Shown here piece by piece: positions 1 to 9,214 of a DNA stretch of 64,000 nt. The position numbers and the translations under genes were made by a program. The notes below the pieces were generated by a model. The model did no database searches, was not told where the DNA came from, and was given only the letters and a program-made list of their open reading frames with translations. The DNA comes from Candidatus Bathyarchaeota archaeon (GTDB taxonomy: Archaea > Thermoproteota > Bathyarchaeia > 40CM-2-53-6): positions 160,001 through 224,000 of the forward strand of contig CAWHWX010000004.1 in the NCBI GenBank assembly GCA_963833125.1, in the 5' to 3' direction. Position 1 is the first letter of the stretch. Each line of letters begins with the position of its first letter.

Positions 1-536
1 ATGTACGCTGCGATTCCAGGTGACCTCTCAGCTTCCTCGGATAGGTGTATTGTAATTTTCGCAGCATTCAGTTGAGGTTTTAGTGGGTATCGACTTTTCA
101 GTGCTGTCTTCAGTTTTCCATAATCATTTTCGTCGGCTATGATCTTAATGGAGTTTACAAGCGGAAAGATGTGAGGGCGTTCGTGCAGCTCAGTGGATAG
201 TTCTACTAACCTCTTCAATTCGGTAATGAAAGCTTCTCTCCTAGGGGTAATAGTCACGTCAACCACTCCGCTACTCAACGTCATCTTCGAATTTTTGAGC
301 ACTGACATCGTAGGTGGTAGACCAAGCTTCGACTGTGAATCGGAAAACCTCTTGATAACCACAACCATAGTCCCAACACTCACGTCCCTACCAGTAATCC
401 GATCCACTGTCGGCTTGATTCTTTCAGCTAGTGCATGGTAGTTGATCAACCCCATGCGGAGGTGTTCGTAAACCGGATGGTTTCGACTTATGAGGTCAAT
501 TACCGTTTCGGATATTGTGGGTTTGTTGGGTTTCAT
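1..536 (-). CDS. Archaeal ACT-domain-containing regulator-like protein, runs off the left edge
   Basis: Hand-translated, not in the ORF track: MKPNKPTISETVIDLISRNHPVYEHLRMGLINYHALAERIK...SPGIAAY. Open to position 1. The GLINYxALA and PGIxAY motifs resemble archaeal HTH-ACT proteins. Confidence 0.65.
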   Translation of the reverse strand, partial: MKPNKPTISETVIDLISRNHPVYEHLRMGLINYHALAERIKPTVDRITGRDVSVGTMVVVIKRFSDSQSKLGLPPTMSVLKNSKMTLSSGVVDVTITPRREAFITELKRLVELSTELHERPHIFPLVNSIKIIADENDYGKLKTALKSRYPLKPQLNAAKITIHLSEEAERSPGIAAY

Positions 537-641
537 GGCTGTAGCGTGAATTACGTGAATGTTACAAATATATCTTTGGGTAACAAGTGTTATAAGCGTG
601 ATACGTGTATAACTGCTACTAACAATACTTGGAGTTAGTAG

Positions 642-1166
642 GTGAATACAATGCAAGCAAACAAAATGTTCCCGACTTACGTGTTAGCCAAGGTCCAGCG
701 TGACCATGTCCCACAAGTGGTTGAGGAACTACGCAAGTACAGCGAGATAGAGTTCAGCGCACCAGTGACCGGTCGATACGATATCATCATGCGATTAAAG
801 ACTACCAACCCAGAACAATTAACCAACATAGTCAACAAGATACGCACCATCAACGGAGTCAACACAACTAATACCTTTACTCCGAATGACGGATTCGTTA
901 ACGGTCAGAAACTTGACGCGCAAGGCGTTTGGGGATTCAGTTTACTATCAGTCAACAAACCATTAACGCAAGTTTTACAGAAACTGAAGAGCCTACCAGC
1001 CATTTACGACGCGTGGAGTATCCCAGGTCAGTTCGACATAATCATGAGTTACAAGGCTCAGAACTATGAGCAACTAATGAAAACAACCGTCGAGCAACTC
1101 GGTCATACCGAGGGGATTTCGAGAAGTGAAACACTATTCGCGTACCAGCCTAACCTTAAGGCATAA
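642..1166 (+). CDS. Lrp/AsnC ligand-binding (RAM) domain protein, two tandem domains, no HTH
   Basis: Two copies of the RAM signature (VTGRYDIIMRL...IRTINGV; IPGQFDIIMSY...EGISRSET); GGAG upstream. Confidence 0.85.
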   Translation: MNTMQANKMFPTYVLAKVQRDHVPQVVEELRKYSEIEFSAPVTGRYDIIMRLKTTNPEQLTNIVNKIRTINGVNTTNTFTPNDGFVNGQKLDAQGVWGFSLLSVNKPLTQVLQKLKSLPAIYDAWSIPGQFDIIMSYKAQNYEQLMKTTVEQLGHTEGISRSETLFAYQPNLKA

Positions 1167-1178
1167 ACCGAAAGTAAT

Positions 1179-1216
1179 CTGGGAGACATACGCTCCCAGT
1201 TACCCCCGATTTTTTC
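1179..1216 (+). terminator. Hairpin plus T-tract after the Lrp-domain gene
   Basis: CTGGGAG-7nt-CTCCCAG followed by a T run. Confidence 0.4.
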
Positions 1217-1252
1217 ATCTCCTGTTATCATCACAATGGCTCCAAAACAATT

Positions 1253-1672
1253 CTAAGTGCGCGCTTCGTCGGACTCTCTCATGCGTTGTATACCCTTTTT
1301 GGACGCTGCGTTTTGTAGCTTGGACAATTTGTCAATTTCGTCGAGCAGAACCTTGAGCTCCAGATTGTAATGGCCGCATTTGGGGCAGGTCTCGTCGCCC
1401 TTCAGTCTTTCCCTTTGCTCAATTAGCCTGCTTACAATGCCCTCATGAACTTCCAATTCTTGGTCAGTATGCTTGCGCGGAATAGCTATTTCGAGCTTAT
1501 GTTCTGGATTAGGATCGTCGCTTGTTTTGTATGTGCGAATCAAACACTCTTTGATTACGCAAAATTTGGCCGAGAAAAGATTACAATTCAGAGAGACTGC
1601 GTACGGGTTTGACTTACCCTGCCGCTCGTTTTGCCTTGCCGCCTCGCCAGTTTCTTCTGGCTCTTCCCCCAC
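1253..1672 (-). CDS. Hypothetical protein with CPKC motif; start uncertain
   Basis: 139-aa ORF; the 5' end overlaps the upstream TRASH-like ORF. Confidence 0.4.
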   Translation of the reverse strand: MGEEPEETGEAARQNERQGKSNPYAVSLNCNLFSAKFCVIKECLIRTYKTSDDPNPEHKLEIAIPRKHTDQELEVHEGIVSRLIEQRERLKGDETCPKCGHYNLELKVLLDEIDKLSKLQNAASKKGIQRMRESDEART

Positions 1673-1835
1673 TCACTCGCCCACGTCCACGTGGGGTCGT
1701 GAAGGATTCCCTGCATTGTTGCGAGCAGAAAACGTAGCCCTTGAATCGGATGTGTTTCTCGACTTTCTTGCCGCAGTTCGAACAGTATCTGGCATGCCTG
1801 TAGTTCACGATCTTAGTCAAACTTCTCCACGCCAT
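1614..1835 (-). CDS. TRASH/YHS-like metal-binding small protein
   Basis: YCSNCGKK...GYVFCSQQCRESF; clear paralog at 16026-16148. Confidence 0.65.
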   Translation of the reverse strand: MAWRSLTKIVNYRHARYCSNCGKKVEKHIRFKGYVFCSQQCRESFTTPRGRGRVSGGRARRNWRGGKAKRAAG

Positions 1836-1953
1836 TTGTTTCTGGATGCCTAACCCCTATGCTTGGCTGCCTCTTCAAGCCACACAATTCGGAGTTTAAC
1901 TTCCGGCCCTCTGATACCACGTTAGATTATGATTGAACTGGTCGACCAGAACA

Positions 1954-2217
1954 TTAATTAACATCATAAGGCTTATATAGTATTTGCTGGCCGTGCGCAA
2001 ACATGGTCGGTCCTGAAAGATAGGCCGAACCAAGTTGGTGCACTCGGGAGTGCCTTGTAAAAGGAGTGCATTCGCCTCCGGCCAACAATATACTGTTTTC
2101 ATACACCGCCAGGATTTTGCGTTTCGAGCGTCTAACGCACAAACACTCAATCGTTGAAAGATGCAACCAAACTGGCCCTGTAACGGAGTAAGTGCGATTT
2201 GGAGCAAGCGTTTTCAT
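1954..2217 (-). CDS. Hypothetical protein
   Basis: 87-aa ATG ORF divergent from 2251; no family recognised. Confidence 0.3.
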   Translation of the reverse strand: MKTLAPNRTYSVTGPVWLHLSTIECLCVRRSKRKILAVYENSILLAGGECTPFTRHSRVHQLGSAYLSGPTMFAHGQQILYKPYDVN

Positions 2218-2250
2218 ATCGCACGGGGTTCTCTTTGCTTTGTGTGACTT

Positions 2251-2487
2251 ATGCGCGAGAAAGACAGTTTTCGAAAGAAAAATCTGCTGACGAAGATTGA
2301 AAACCTAATTGCCAAGAATGAAGAGGAAAAAAATAAACTGCCACGCGAGGAATACAACTTGAACGGACAATACATACAAGGATTCCTTGCAGGTCTGGAG
2401 GAAGCGCGACGCATAGTCAAGGGCCTTCCGTCAGGCGGACGACGTCAATCGGAGCTTCATCAGCGCCTCAAGGAGAGAAGAAAGTAG
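2251..2487 (+). CDS. Small charged helical hypothetical protein
   Basis: 78-aa ORF containing YIQGFLAGLEEARRIV. Confidence 0.55.
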   Translation: MREKDSFRKKNLLTKIENLIAKNEEEKNKLPREEYNLNGQYIQGFLAGLEEARRIVKGLPSGGRRQSELHQRLKERRK

Positions 2488-2636
2488 TGGAAAATCCGGA
2501 CAGAAGGAGAAGGATCCCAGATTACTTCCTGACCTCAATCCCCAATCGCTCTCAATGATAATTCCTAGCAGGAAAAACACTTCCACATCGTCCCTTTCGG
2601 CATGGCATTGATGTGACCTTTGTGAAGAGCGCGCTG

Positions 2637-2789
2637 CTATCTGTCGGATGGTACACGATTCTTCTTGCGCTTGCTCCTAACTGGGGTTAGACCAACGCCC
2701 CCCCGTGCCGCTTTGTCTTCAAGAATGGTAAGGTCAAACTCAACCTTCTTCCTTCTCTTACGGCCAATCTTACTTTCCTTCCATACCAA
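2637..2789 (-). CDS. 50-aa basic hypothetical peptide
   Basis: Hand-translated TTG ORF: MVWKESKIGRKRRKKVEFDLTILEDKAARGGVGLTPVRSKRKKNRVPSDR. Confidence 0.3.
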   Translation of the reverse strand: MVWKESKIGRKRRKKVEFDLTILEDKAARGGVGLTPVRSKRKKNRVPSDR

Positions 2790-3165
2790 GATGATTCAAC
2801 AACCTAGTGCACAACCAGAGCAGATTTAGATTCCGGCATTGAGGGACGACGCGCCAAGGTAGATTTAGAGGAAGCGAGACAGAGGAGTACGAGGTCTCAG
2901 TATAAGGTGCAAGGTATGAGCAAAAACCTGAGATGCATCTTCTTTTGGAAGATCGAATCTACTCAACTTCCAGGTGTGATTCTGGTTTTCCTGCAAGCCT
3001 TCAGCAAATCGTTGCATGAGTGCTGATGCTTCGTCCATAGACGGACCGGTTCTTGTGTGAGTGTTAGAAAACCACACACAAAGAAAGATTGCCTGCACGA
3101 ACCCCACTCTTCTACGTTCTGACTAGAGAATAATAGCAGGATCCAACACAGTCTACACGAGAGAG

Positions 3166-4776
3166 ATGGGTGATTCAGGCTCATACTTGAAAGGGGTTCT
3201 TAGCCTATCTGTAGAAACAAACATGAGGCCTGCCCCGCCGACGGTCTCTGCTCTAGACGTAACCTCAACTGTAATGGATCTGATGGCAAAGGAAAACGTT
3301 GGATCCATAGTGGTTGTGGAGAACAGCCAACCCGTGGGGATAGTCACCGAGAGAGACATGCTCTATAGAGTCCTCAAGGCTGGCAAGAATCTTGAACTGA
3401 CGCTTGTTAAGGATGTAATGTCCAAACCTCTTGTCACGATCGATGCTGAGCGAACAATAGCAGACGCCTTGGAAACGATGCACAGGCATGACATCAGGAG
3501 ACTGATCGTAACAAGAAGGGGCGTCTTAGTCGGCCTTACCACGGAAAGAAGACTGCTGGAGATCGCCCACGGCCACTATGTCATGAAAGGTCTTGGTCCT
3601 CTAGAAGCGACAGATGGTTATGAAATCCACAAGATACGAGTCGCGTATGTGAGCACATATCCTCCTCGCGAGTGTGGCGTAGCTACATACACCAAGAATC
3701 TTGTCGATGCCGTCTCCGCGTTTTGTTCGCGAGTTGTGAGGCCTCCAGTGGTCGCGGCAATCAACGATAGAGGCGGACTATACAATTACGAGATTCGAGT
3801 AAAGTCTCAGATCGATGCTAACGACATTCAATCCTATGCGAAGGTCGCTCAGGACATCAACGCATCTGATGTGGATGTTGTGAACCTGCAGCATGAGTAT
3901 GGTATATTCGGAGGAGTATGGGGCGAGTATGTTAATGAGTTTCTGCAAAGAATTGAAAAACCGGTTATTACTACTCTGCACACGGTTCTTGAGGATCCGG
4001 TTCCCGATGCTAGAAGGGTAATGGAAGGAATTCTTGAACGTAGTGACTATGTCATCGTTATGGCAAAGGTCGGCATAGGAATACTGGAACAGCTCTATGG
4101 TAGTTACCCAGACAGGATTCGACACATACCTCACGGGTGTCCAAATGTACCTTACCTTGGAACTACGATGGCGAAACAAAGCTTGGGTTTGAAAGATCAT
4201 GTCGTGCTATCGACCTTCGGATTGCTAAGTCGCGGAAAAGGGATAGAATATGCAATAGAGGCACTCCCACACGTACTGAAAGGCCGTCCAGAAATCCTGT
4301 ATCTGGTTATCGGCGAGACCCATCCAGAGGTCAGGAAACGCGAAGGTGAAGAGTATCGAGAATTTCTGCTTGATCTCGTTGAATCACTTGGGTTAGAGAA
4401 GAACGTCAGATTTGTAAATCGGTTTCTGCCTGAAAACGAGTTGATCAATTACCTTCAAGCATCCGACATCTATGTAGTTCCGTACCCGAATCGAGAGCAG
4501 ATCAGCAGTGGGACACTTACATATGCTCTGAGCACGGGCAAAGCCATTGTTACAACTCCATTTCTTCAAGCCGAAGAGGCGATATCGAACGGCGCCGCCT
4601 TGGAATGCGGTTTCAAAGATGCGGACTCAATTGCTGAATGCGTGAATACACTGCTTAGAGACAAAGAGATTCATGACAGATTGGGCAGGATGGCGTATGA
4701 GTACAGCAGAGCCATGATATGGCCAAGCGTAGCTATGAGGTATGTCAACGTCTTCTACCATGCCCTTGGTCTCTGA
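3166..4776 (+). CDS. CBS-pair domain fused to a GT4 (GT-B) glycosyltransferase
   Basis: N-terminal CBS pair (VGIVTERD, VKDVMSKP, IRRLIV); GT4 motifs VSTYPPRECGVATYT, LQHEYGIFGG, FGLLSRGKGIE, SSGTLTYAL. Confidence 0.9.
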   Translation: MGDSGSYLKGVLSLSVETNMRPAPPTVSALDVTSTVMDLMAKENVGSIVVVENSQPVGIVTERDMLYRVLKAGKNLELTLVKDVMSKPLVTIDAERTIADALETMHRHDIRRLIVTRRGVLVGLTTERRLLEIAHGHYVMKGLGPLEATDGYEIHKIRVAYVSTYPPRECGVATYTKNLVDAVSAFCSRVVRPPVVAAINDRGGLYNYEIRVKSQIDANDIQSYAKVAQDINASDVDVVNLQHEYGIFGGVWGEYVNEFLQRIEKPVITTLHTVLEDPVPDARRVMEGILERSDYVIVMAKVGIGILEQLYGSYPDRIRHIPHGCPNVPYLGTTMAKQSLGLKDHVVLSTFGLLSRGKGIEYAIEALPHVLKGRPEILYLVIGETHPEVRKREGEEYREFLLDLVESLGLEKNVRFVNRFLPENELINYLQASDIYVVPYPNREQISSGTLTYALSTGKAIVTTPFLQAEEAISNGAALECGFKDADSIAECVNTLLRDKEIHDRLGRMAYEYSRAMIWPSVAMRYVNVFYHALGL

Positions 4777-4870
4777 GTTTCGGAGAAATGCGGTAAGTCG
4801 CGGAGAAAGCGTAATCCATACCGGTTCTGTTCTATCAAAGACGCTTCTGACGACACATCCGCAATCATCA

Positions 4871-4906
4871 TATATACCTATATATCCGGATGCATATATG
4901 TATATT
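4871..4906. promoter_or_regulatory. TATA-repeat promoter/operator upstream of RHH copy 1
   Basis: TATA at 4871, 4879 and 4895 (8-bp phase), followed by RBS GGTGA at 4908. Confidence 0.45.
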
Positions 4907-4918
4907 TGGTGATAAGAT

Positions 4919-5095
4919 TTGGGCAGACTCTACATTGTACTCTCAGACGCTGTTGAGCGCCGACTCCGATTGGCAGTTGTTGTGAGACTCGGTGGGAAGA
5001 AAGGAAACCTCAGCGGTGCGATACAAACGGCTGTCCTCGATTGGCTCAATAAGAAGCCGAGAAATCGACTATCGCACAACTTAGCAGTGGAATGA
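4919..5095 (+). CDS. RHH/CopG-like DNA-binding protein, copy 1 (58 aa)
   Basis: Hand-translated: MGRLYIVLSDAVERRLRLAVVVRLGGKKGNLSGAIQTAVLDWLNKK...; GGTGA RBS; two paralogs nearby. Confidence 0.8.
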   Translation: MGRLYIVLSDAVERRLRLAVVVRLGGKKGNLSGAIQTAVLDWLNKKPRNRLSHNLAVE

Positions 5096-5453
5096 GTGAG
5101 CCACTACACGCACGAATAGAGAAACAACGATTCCGATTCGGATGCCCGCAAACATCCCACACAGGCGAAAATGTATGACGAACGAGCTATATCTTCCATT
5201 CAATTGCACCCTCTCGTCCGCGAAACCGCAATTGCAGGCTCTATAGAGCTCAATCTGGATTGAGGGAGGACATTGCCCTCTGCAGGCTCCGTTTGAACAC
5301 GCACCCCCATCAAGCTACGATTCATACGCCGAAGTTTTCTAATGTTCAACTGAAACTCATCGTGTTTCTTTATGGGACTGTCGTTCAACCAAAGGTATTT
5401 TTCTATTAGGCCCGTTCATATGGGTACCCCCTAGGAGGTTATCAGCGACGAGT

Positions 5454-6698
5454 GTGAGGCTCGGAAAAATTATGGGGATTCCGATCAGAATTCATTACAC
5501 GTTGTGGTTCGTTTTCATTCTAATCGCCTGGTCGCTCGCGGTTGGATACATGCCTCATCAGTATCCGGGTCTTAGCACGGTGACCTATTGGGCCATTGGT
5601 ATTGCGTCCGCAATAATCCTCTTCGTTTCCATCCTTGTACATGAGCTCTCTCATTCTTACATAGCGAAGAAGAATGGGTTGCCGATTGCGAGAATTACGT
5701 TATTCTTCTTTGGAGGCGTCTCTGAGATGACTGAAGAGCCTCAAGATCCGGGCTTAGAGGTTCGAATGGCTGCCGCGGGTCCCTTGATGAGCTTCCTAAT
5801 CGGAGGCGTTTTGGGAGCACTTTGGTACCTGGGAGAGTCTGCTCACGCACCAGTCGCGATAATTGCTACACTCGGCTATGCGGCACTGATCAATGGAATT
5901 CTGGGAGCATTCAACCTACTTCCCGCGTTTCCGCTAGACGGTGGCAGAGTGCTCAGGGGAAGCATCTGGAAGAATTCGAACAATTTCGTCGGAGCCACTA
6001 GAACCGCTACAAGAGTTACTGAGGTCATTTCGTTGCTGATGATGTTCGGAGGATTCGCGTTCATAATCTTGGGAGACTTCGTTGATGGAATATGGGTAAT
6101 AGTACTAGGATGGTTCATCAGATCGGGGGCGCAAACCAGTCTCAAGCAAACGCTTGTTGGTGAAGCTCTTTTGGGGGTCTCGGTTGGCGACATCATGAGT
6201 AGTGAAGTGTTGACCGTCCCGCCGGAGATCACAGTTCAACAGCTAGTCTCAGATTATCTCCTTGTGCACCGCCACGGAGGCTACCCTGTTGTGAAGAACG
6301 GTGAGGTTCTGGGCATAGTCACATTGCAGTGCGTACGGGCTGTTCCTAAGGAAAGGCGGGATTCTGTGACTGTTCGTGAAGCAATGGTTCCATTCGAACG
6401 CACGGTAATGGTGCAGTCTTCTGTGAACGCCTTGGATGCGATGCAGAAGATGGCTCGGAACAAAGTCGGACGTGTCTTGGTGATCGACGGGGGCCGACTG
6501 GTCGGCATGGCAACTCGTGAGGACGTTGTCAGGGCGATCCAGATGCGACAAGAACTCGAACTGGGCCCTGGTCCGTCGGGTTTGCCTTCTCCCCAGTATC
6601 CTCGCATTCAAGCAGGGCATTGTGTCCAGTGCGGGGCCCTTTTGCCCGCCGACGTCAAATTCTGTTCTCAATGCGGCGCTAAACAAAACGTATCCTAA
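5454..6698 (+). CDS. Site-2 protease (M50) with CBS pair and C-terminal zinc ribbon
   Basis: HELSH, NLLPAFPLDGG, CBS pair, CVQCG...CSQCG; GGAGG RBS. Confidence 0.95.
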   Translation: MRLGKIMGIPIRIHYTLWFVFILIAWSLAVGYMPHQYPGLSTVTYWAIGIASAIILFVSILVHELSHSYIAKKNGLPIARITLFFFGGVSEMTEEPQDPGLEVRMAAAGPLMSFLIGGVLGALWYLGESAHAPVAIIATLGYAALINGILGAFNLLPAFPLDGGRVLRGSIWKNSNNFVGATRTATRVTEVISLLMMFGGFAFIILGDFVDGIWVIVLGWFIRSGAQTSLKQTLVGEALLGVSVGDIMSSEVLTVPPEITVQQLVSDYLLVHRHGGYPVVKNGEVLGIVTLQCVRAVPKERRDSVTVREAMVPFERTVMVQSSVNALDAMQKMARNKVGRVLVIDGGRLVGMATREDVVRAIQMRQELELGPGPSGLPSPQYPRIQAGHCVQCGALLPADVKFCSQCGAKQNVS

Positions 6699-6963
6699 TC
6701 GGTCACTTCCGGTTGAAATTGACAGAGAAGAAACCACACTACTAAGCTGCCAGAACATTCAGGTTTATCGCATTAAATGCGAACTTCAAACGGCGTTATT
6801 TTTCGTGGAGGTCAGGCCTTCATGTACCTATGAAAGGTTAGGGGCCTTCACTCATGAGAACTCCGCAAATCTGTGCGTCTAACCGCGAAAAGACTCCAAG
6901 AAAAAGCCATTAATCATAGAGTAAGAGGAGACTAGGCTGGAAAATATTGCGCAGGCGATACTA

Positions 6964-7197
6964 TTGAGTGAAGAAGAGTCCAACGAAGAAGATGAAGAAC
7001 AACGTGAAGAAGCGCAGGAAGAAGATGAGCGAGATGAGGAACAGGAGGTAGACCGTAAAAGGGAAGGCGCTGACGAGAGTGCTGAAGAGGAAAGGGACGA
7101 GGATAGACTCGAGCAGGATGAAGAGGAGCGTGAACGGAAAGGGACAGGGCTGAAGGTCAAGACGCCGAAGAAAAAGTCCAACATCAAAACAGAATGA
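6964..7197 (+). CDS. Very acidic low-complexity protein with Lys-rich tail (77 aa)
   Basis: Long E/D-rich stretch followed by GLKVKTPKKKSNIKTE. Confidence 0.55.
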   Translation: MSEEESNEEDEEQREEAQEEDERDEEQEVDRKREGADESAEEERDEDRLEQDEEERERKGTGLKVKTPKKKSNIKTE

Positions 7198-7221
7198 TTC
7201 AGGAAAGGAGCGTTCAGTCGC

Positions 7222-8004
7222 CTAAGAAGATATTGAGGTTACGTTGAGGTAATTGCCTGGACACGCTGCCCCAGTTGAGCTAAAGTTGTGACCCTGATGT
7301 AGTTGTCCCGTCACGGACACCCATGTTCCGATGGTAGGATATGATGCCGGCAACTCCTGCAACGTGTAGTACTGTGAGGACATTAGTCCGATAGGACTGA
7401 CTATTGGAACTACGAGTTCAACACATGAGTTTGGATTCTGGTATAGGTATCCGGCACATTGCACCGTGTCGTTGCTATTTGGTGAATTACAAGAATTGAC
7501 AACCTGAGTGCCCGGACCGCAGTTATTGTTGTAGTAACAACCGGCATAGTTGACGTAATTGTTGTTAGTATTAACCTGCACAGTTTCAACGCTTGTTGTT
7601 AGTGGCGTCCCCGAGCCGTAGCCGTAAAAGGCACCGCTGTAGATGGAGAGTGAAATCTGTAGCGTATGTCCAGTGACTTGGGGTGGAATGCTGAATGCAA
7701 GTTGCCCCGTGTAGATGTTTGTTCCATAAGCGGAGGATAATGTAGCACTTGATGAATCCACGCGAACATTTGTTGAAGGATCGATTGCGTATCCCACAGC
7801 ATATAATTGCCCACCGACGAAGGGGCAGGTCACTGATACAGGGACTATGACTCCATTGGTATTATAGCCGTAGTAAAAGTTCGGGGATGTGTAGGCGAGC
7901 GAACTGGGGTGTATGGCGCACGTTTGGGCTGAAACCTGACTAGTGCCTACCGCAAGCACTGCCAGAACGACTACCAACAGCATGATTCTGAAATAAGTTC
8001 TCAT
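7222..8004 (-). CDS. Secreted Cys/Tyr/Asn-rich protein
   Basis: Signal peptide from ATG 8004 (MRTYFRIMLLVVVLAVLAVGTSQVSA); beta-rich domain, CYYNNNCG motif, Cys-containing C-terminal domain. Confidence 0.8.
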   Translation of the reverse strand: MRTYFRIMLLVVVLAVLAVGTSQVSAQTCAIHPSSLAYTSPNFYYGYNTNGVIVPVSVTCPFVGGQLYAVGYAIDPSTNVRVDSSSATLSSAYGTNIYTGQLAFSIPPQVTGHTLQISLSIYSGAFYGYGSGTPLTTSVETVQVNTNNNYVNYAGCYYNNNCGPGTQVVNSCNSPNSNDTVQCAGYLYQNPNSCVELVVPIVSPIGLMSSQYYTLQELPASYPTIGTWVSVTGQLHQGHNFSSTGAACPGNYLNVTSISS

Positions 8005-8146
8005 GCAAAACCACACATATAGAAGTCGAGTTATATACTTTAATATATATACGTATTGTTTCGAATGAAGCCGCGCGCTTTGGGCCAAAAAGAATAGCAA
8101 AGACTTTTCTACGCGCTAGAGCCTATTACGTTGTGGTGTTCTTTGG

Positions 8147-8335
8147 TTGAAAACATGTAAGTATTGCAACAAACAGAATTCAGACGACAATAATTACTGC
8201 AACTGGTGTAGAACCGTGCTAAGTAATTTTCCAGACCGACCACAACGAGGACAGTGTCTGATTTGCGGAACCCGATGCGCTCCTGACGCGCGCTTCTGCG
8301 GATTATGCAGTTCACCGCTGATAGTATTCAGCTGA
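8147..8335 (+). CDS. Double zinc-ribbon small protein
   Basis: Four CxxC motifs (CKYC, CNWC, CLIC, CGLC) in 62 aa. Confidence 0.7.
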   Translation: MKTCKYCNKQNSDDNNYCNWCRTVLSNFPDRPQRGQCLICGTRCAPDARFCGLCSSPLIVFS

Positions 8336-8651
8336 GCTCTATCCGCACAAATTCCGCTCTAACCCCCTCATTCTTTTAATTCCTCTGCTTTTGATATGCA
8401 AGTTTATTCGAGTCTGACTCGATTTGCGGTAGTCCTTTCTACTGAAATTGGGTTTAGCCGTGCCATGAACTTGAAGAGAAGTGATTACCAGTGGAAACAA
8501 CGCCAAAGGTTTGATGACATCGCGCCTGATCGAAGGCCAAAAACACACAGGTTCGTTTAAGAGAAAACCTTGGAAGGAGTTCGATTGAATGAGAAAAAAG
8601 AGTTCGAGCACCGTCTGTGCTCGGTTTCGTTGGTTTAGTTTCTACGCTTGA

Positions 8652-8834
8652 TTACCAATAGTACGGATATCCATACCAACCGTAGCCGTACCAAGGCCAG
8701 GAATAGTTCCATCCATAGAATGGATAGCTGTACGAACCGTAGCTGTAACCATAGGACGGATAACCGTATGTTGGATAGCCATACGAACCGTGGCCGTAAT
8801 AGTTGTTCCCAGCACATACACATACACATGACAT
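8652..8834 (-). CDS. Tyr/Gly-rich 60-aa peptide
   Basis: GGAGGTGA RBS before the ATG; directly downstream of RHH copy 2; 19 Tyr, 11 Gly, 5 Trp, no D/E/K/R. Confidence 0.7.
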   Translation of the reverse strand: MSCVCVCAGNNYYGHGSYGYPTYGYPSYGYSYGSYSYPFYGWNYSWPWYGYGWYGYPYYW

Positions 8835-8855
8835 TTCTATTCTTCACCTCCGTTC

Positions 8856-9023
8856 TTACATTCCACGAACTCCAAGCCTCTGCCAGTCCTTACCTAACCA
8901 ATCACTGACAGCTTCCTCTATCGCGATGCTAAGATCCCCCTTCTTTCCTCCAAGCCTTTTCACGACTGCAACTCGGAGTCGGCGCTCAATTTCATCCGAG
9001 AGTACTACGTAGATTTTTCCCAA
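8856..9023 (-). CDS. RHH/CopG-like DNA-binding protein, copy 2 (55 aa)
   Basis: Hand-translated: MGKIYVVLSDEIERRLRVAVVKRLGGKKGDLSIAIEEAVSDWLGKDWQRLGVRGM. Confidence 0.8.
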   Translation of the reverse strand: MGKIYVVLSDEIERRLRVAVVKRLGGKKGDLSIAIEEAVSDWLGKDWQRLGVRGM

Positions 9024-9084
9024 AGGATGTTTAGCTCCCCCATATGTAGGGGTAAAGCGAGATATAAGCTTGTATATTTAGCTT

Positions 9085-9106
9085 TATACATATATAACTT
9101 TATAAC
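9085..9106. promoter_or_regulatory. Divergent promoter/operator with three 8-bp-spaced TATA units
   Basis: TATA at 9085, 9093 and 9101; ATATATAACTTTATAA matches ATATATAACCTTATAA at 9661 in 15/16 positions. Confidence 0.55.
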
Positions 9107-9145
9107 TGCCAATACACTATATCAAGTGTCGGAGGGAAATTCAGA

Positions 9146-9214
9146 ATGAGCATAAACATCGGTATTCTTGGGATAATAGTTATTGTTGTAGTTCTCTGGT
9201 TAATTCTTCGTTAA
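9146..9214 (+). CDS. 22-aa single-helix membrane micropeptide
   Basis: MSINIGILGIIVIVVVLWLILR; GGAGG at 9131; TATA upstream; 18-bp perfect palindrome at 9221-9238 downstream. Confidence 0.5.
   Translation: MSINIGILGIIVIVVVLWLILR

Noticed and set aside
193-638. ORF-track entries 193-441 and 435-638 on the + strand
   Set aside because: Shadows of the minus-strand gene starting at 536, which the track missed because it runs off the window.
8635-8908. Alternative frames over the Tyr/Gly peptide (8635-8847, 8642-8827, 8648-8908)
   Set aside because: They stay open because of the repeat; only ATG 8834 has a correctly spaced GGAGGTGA.
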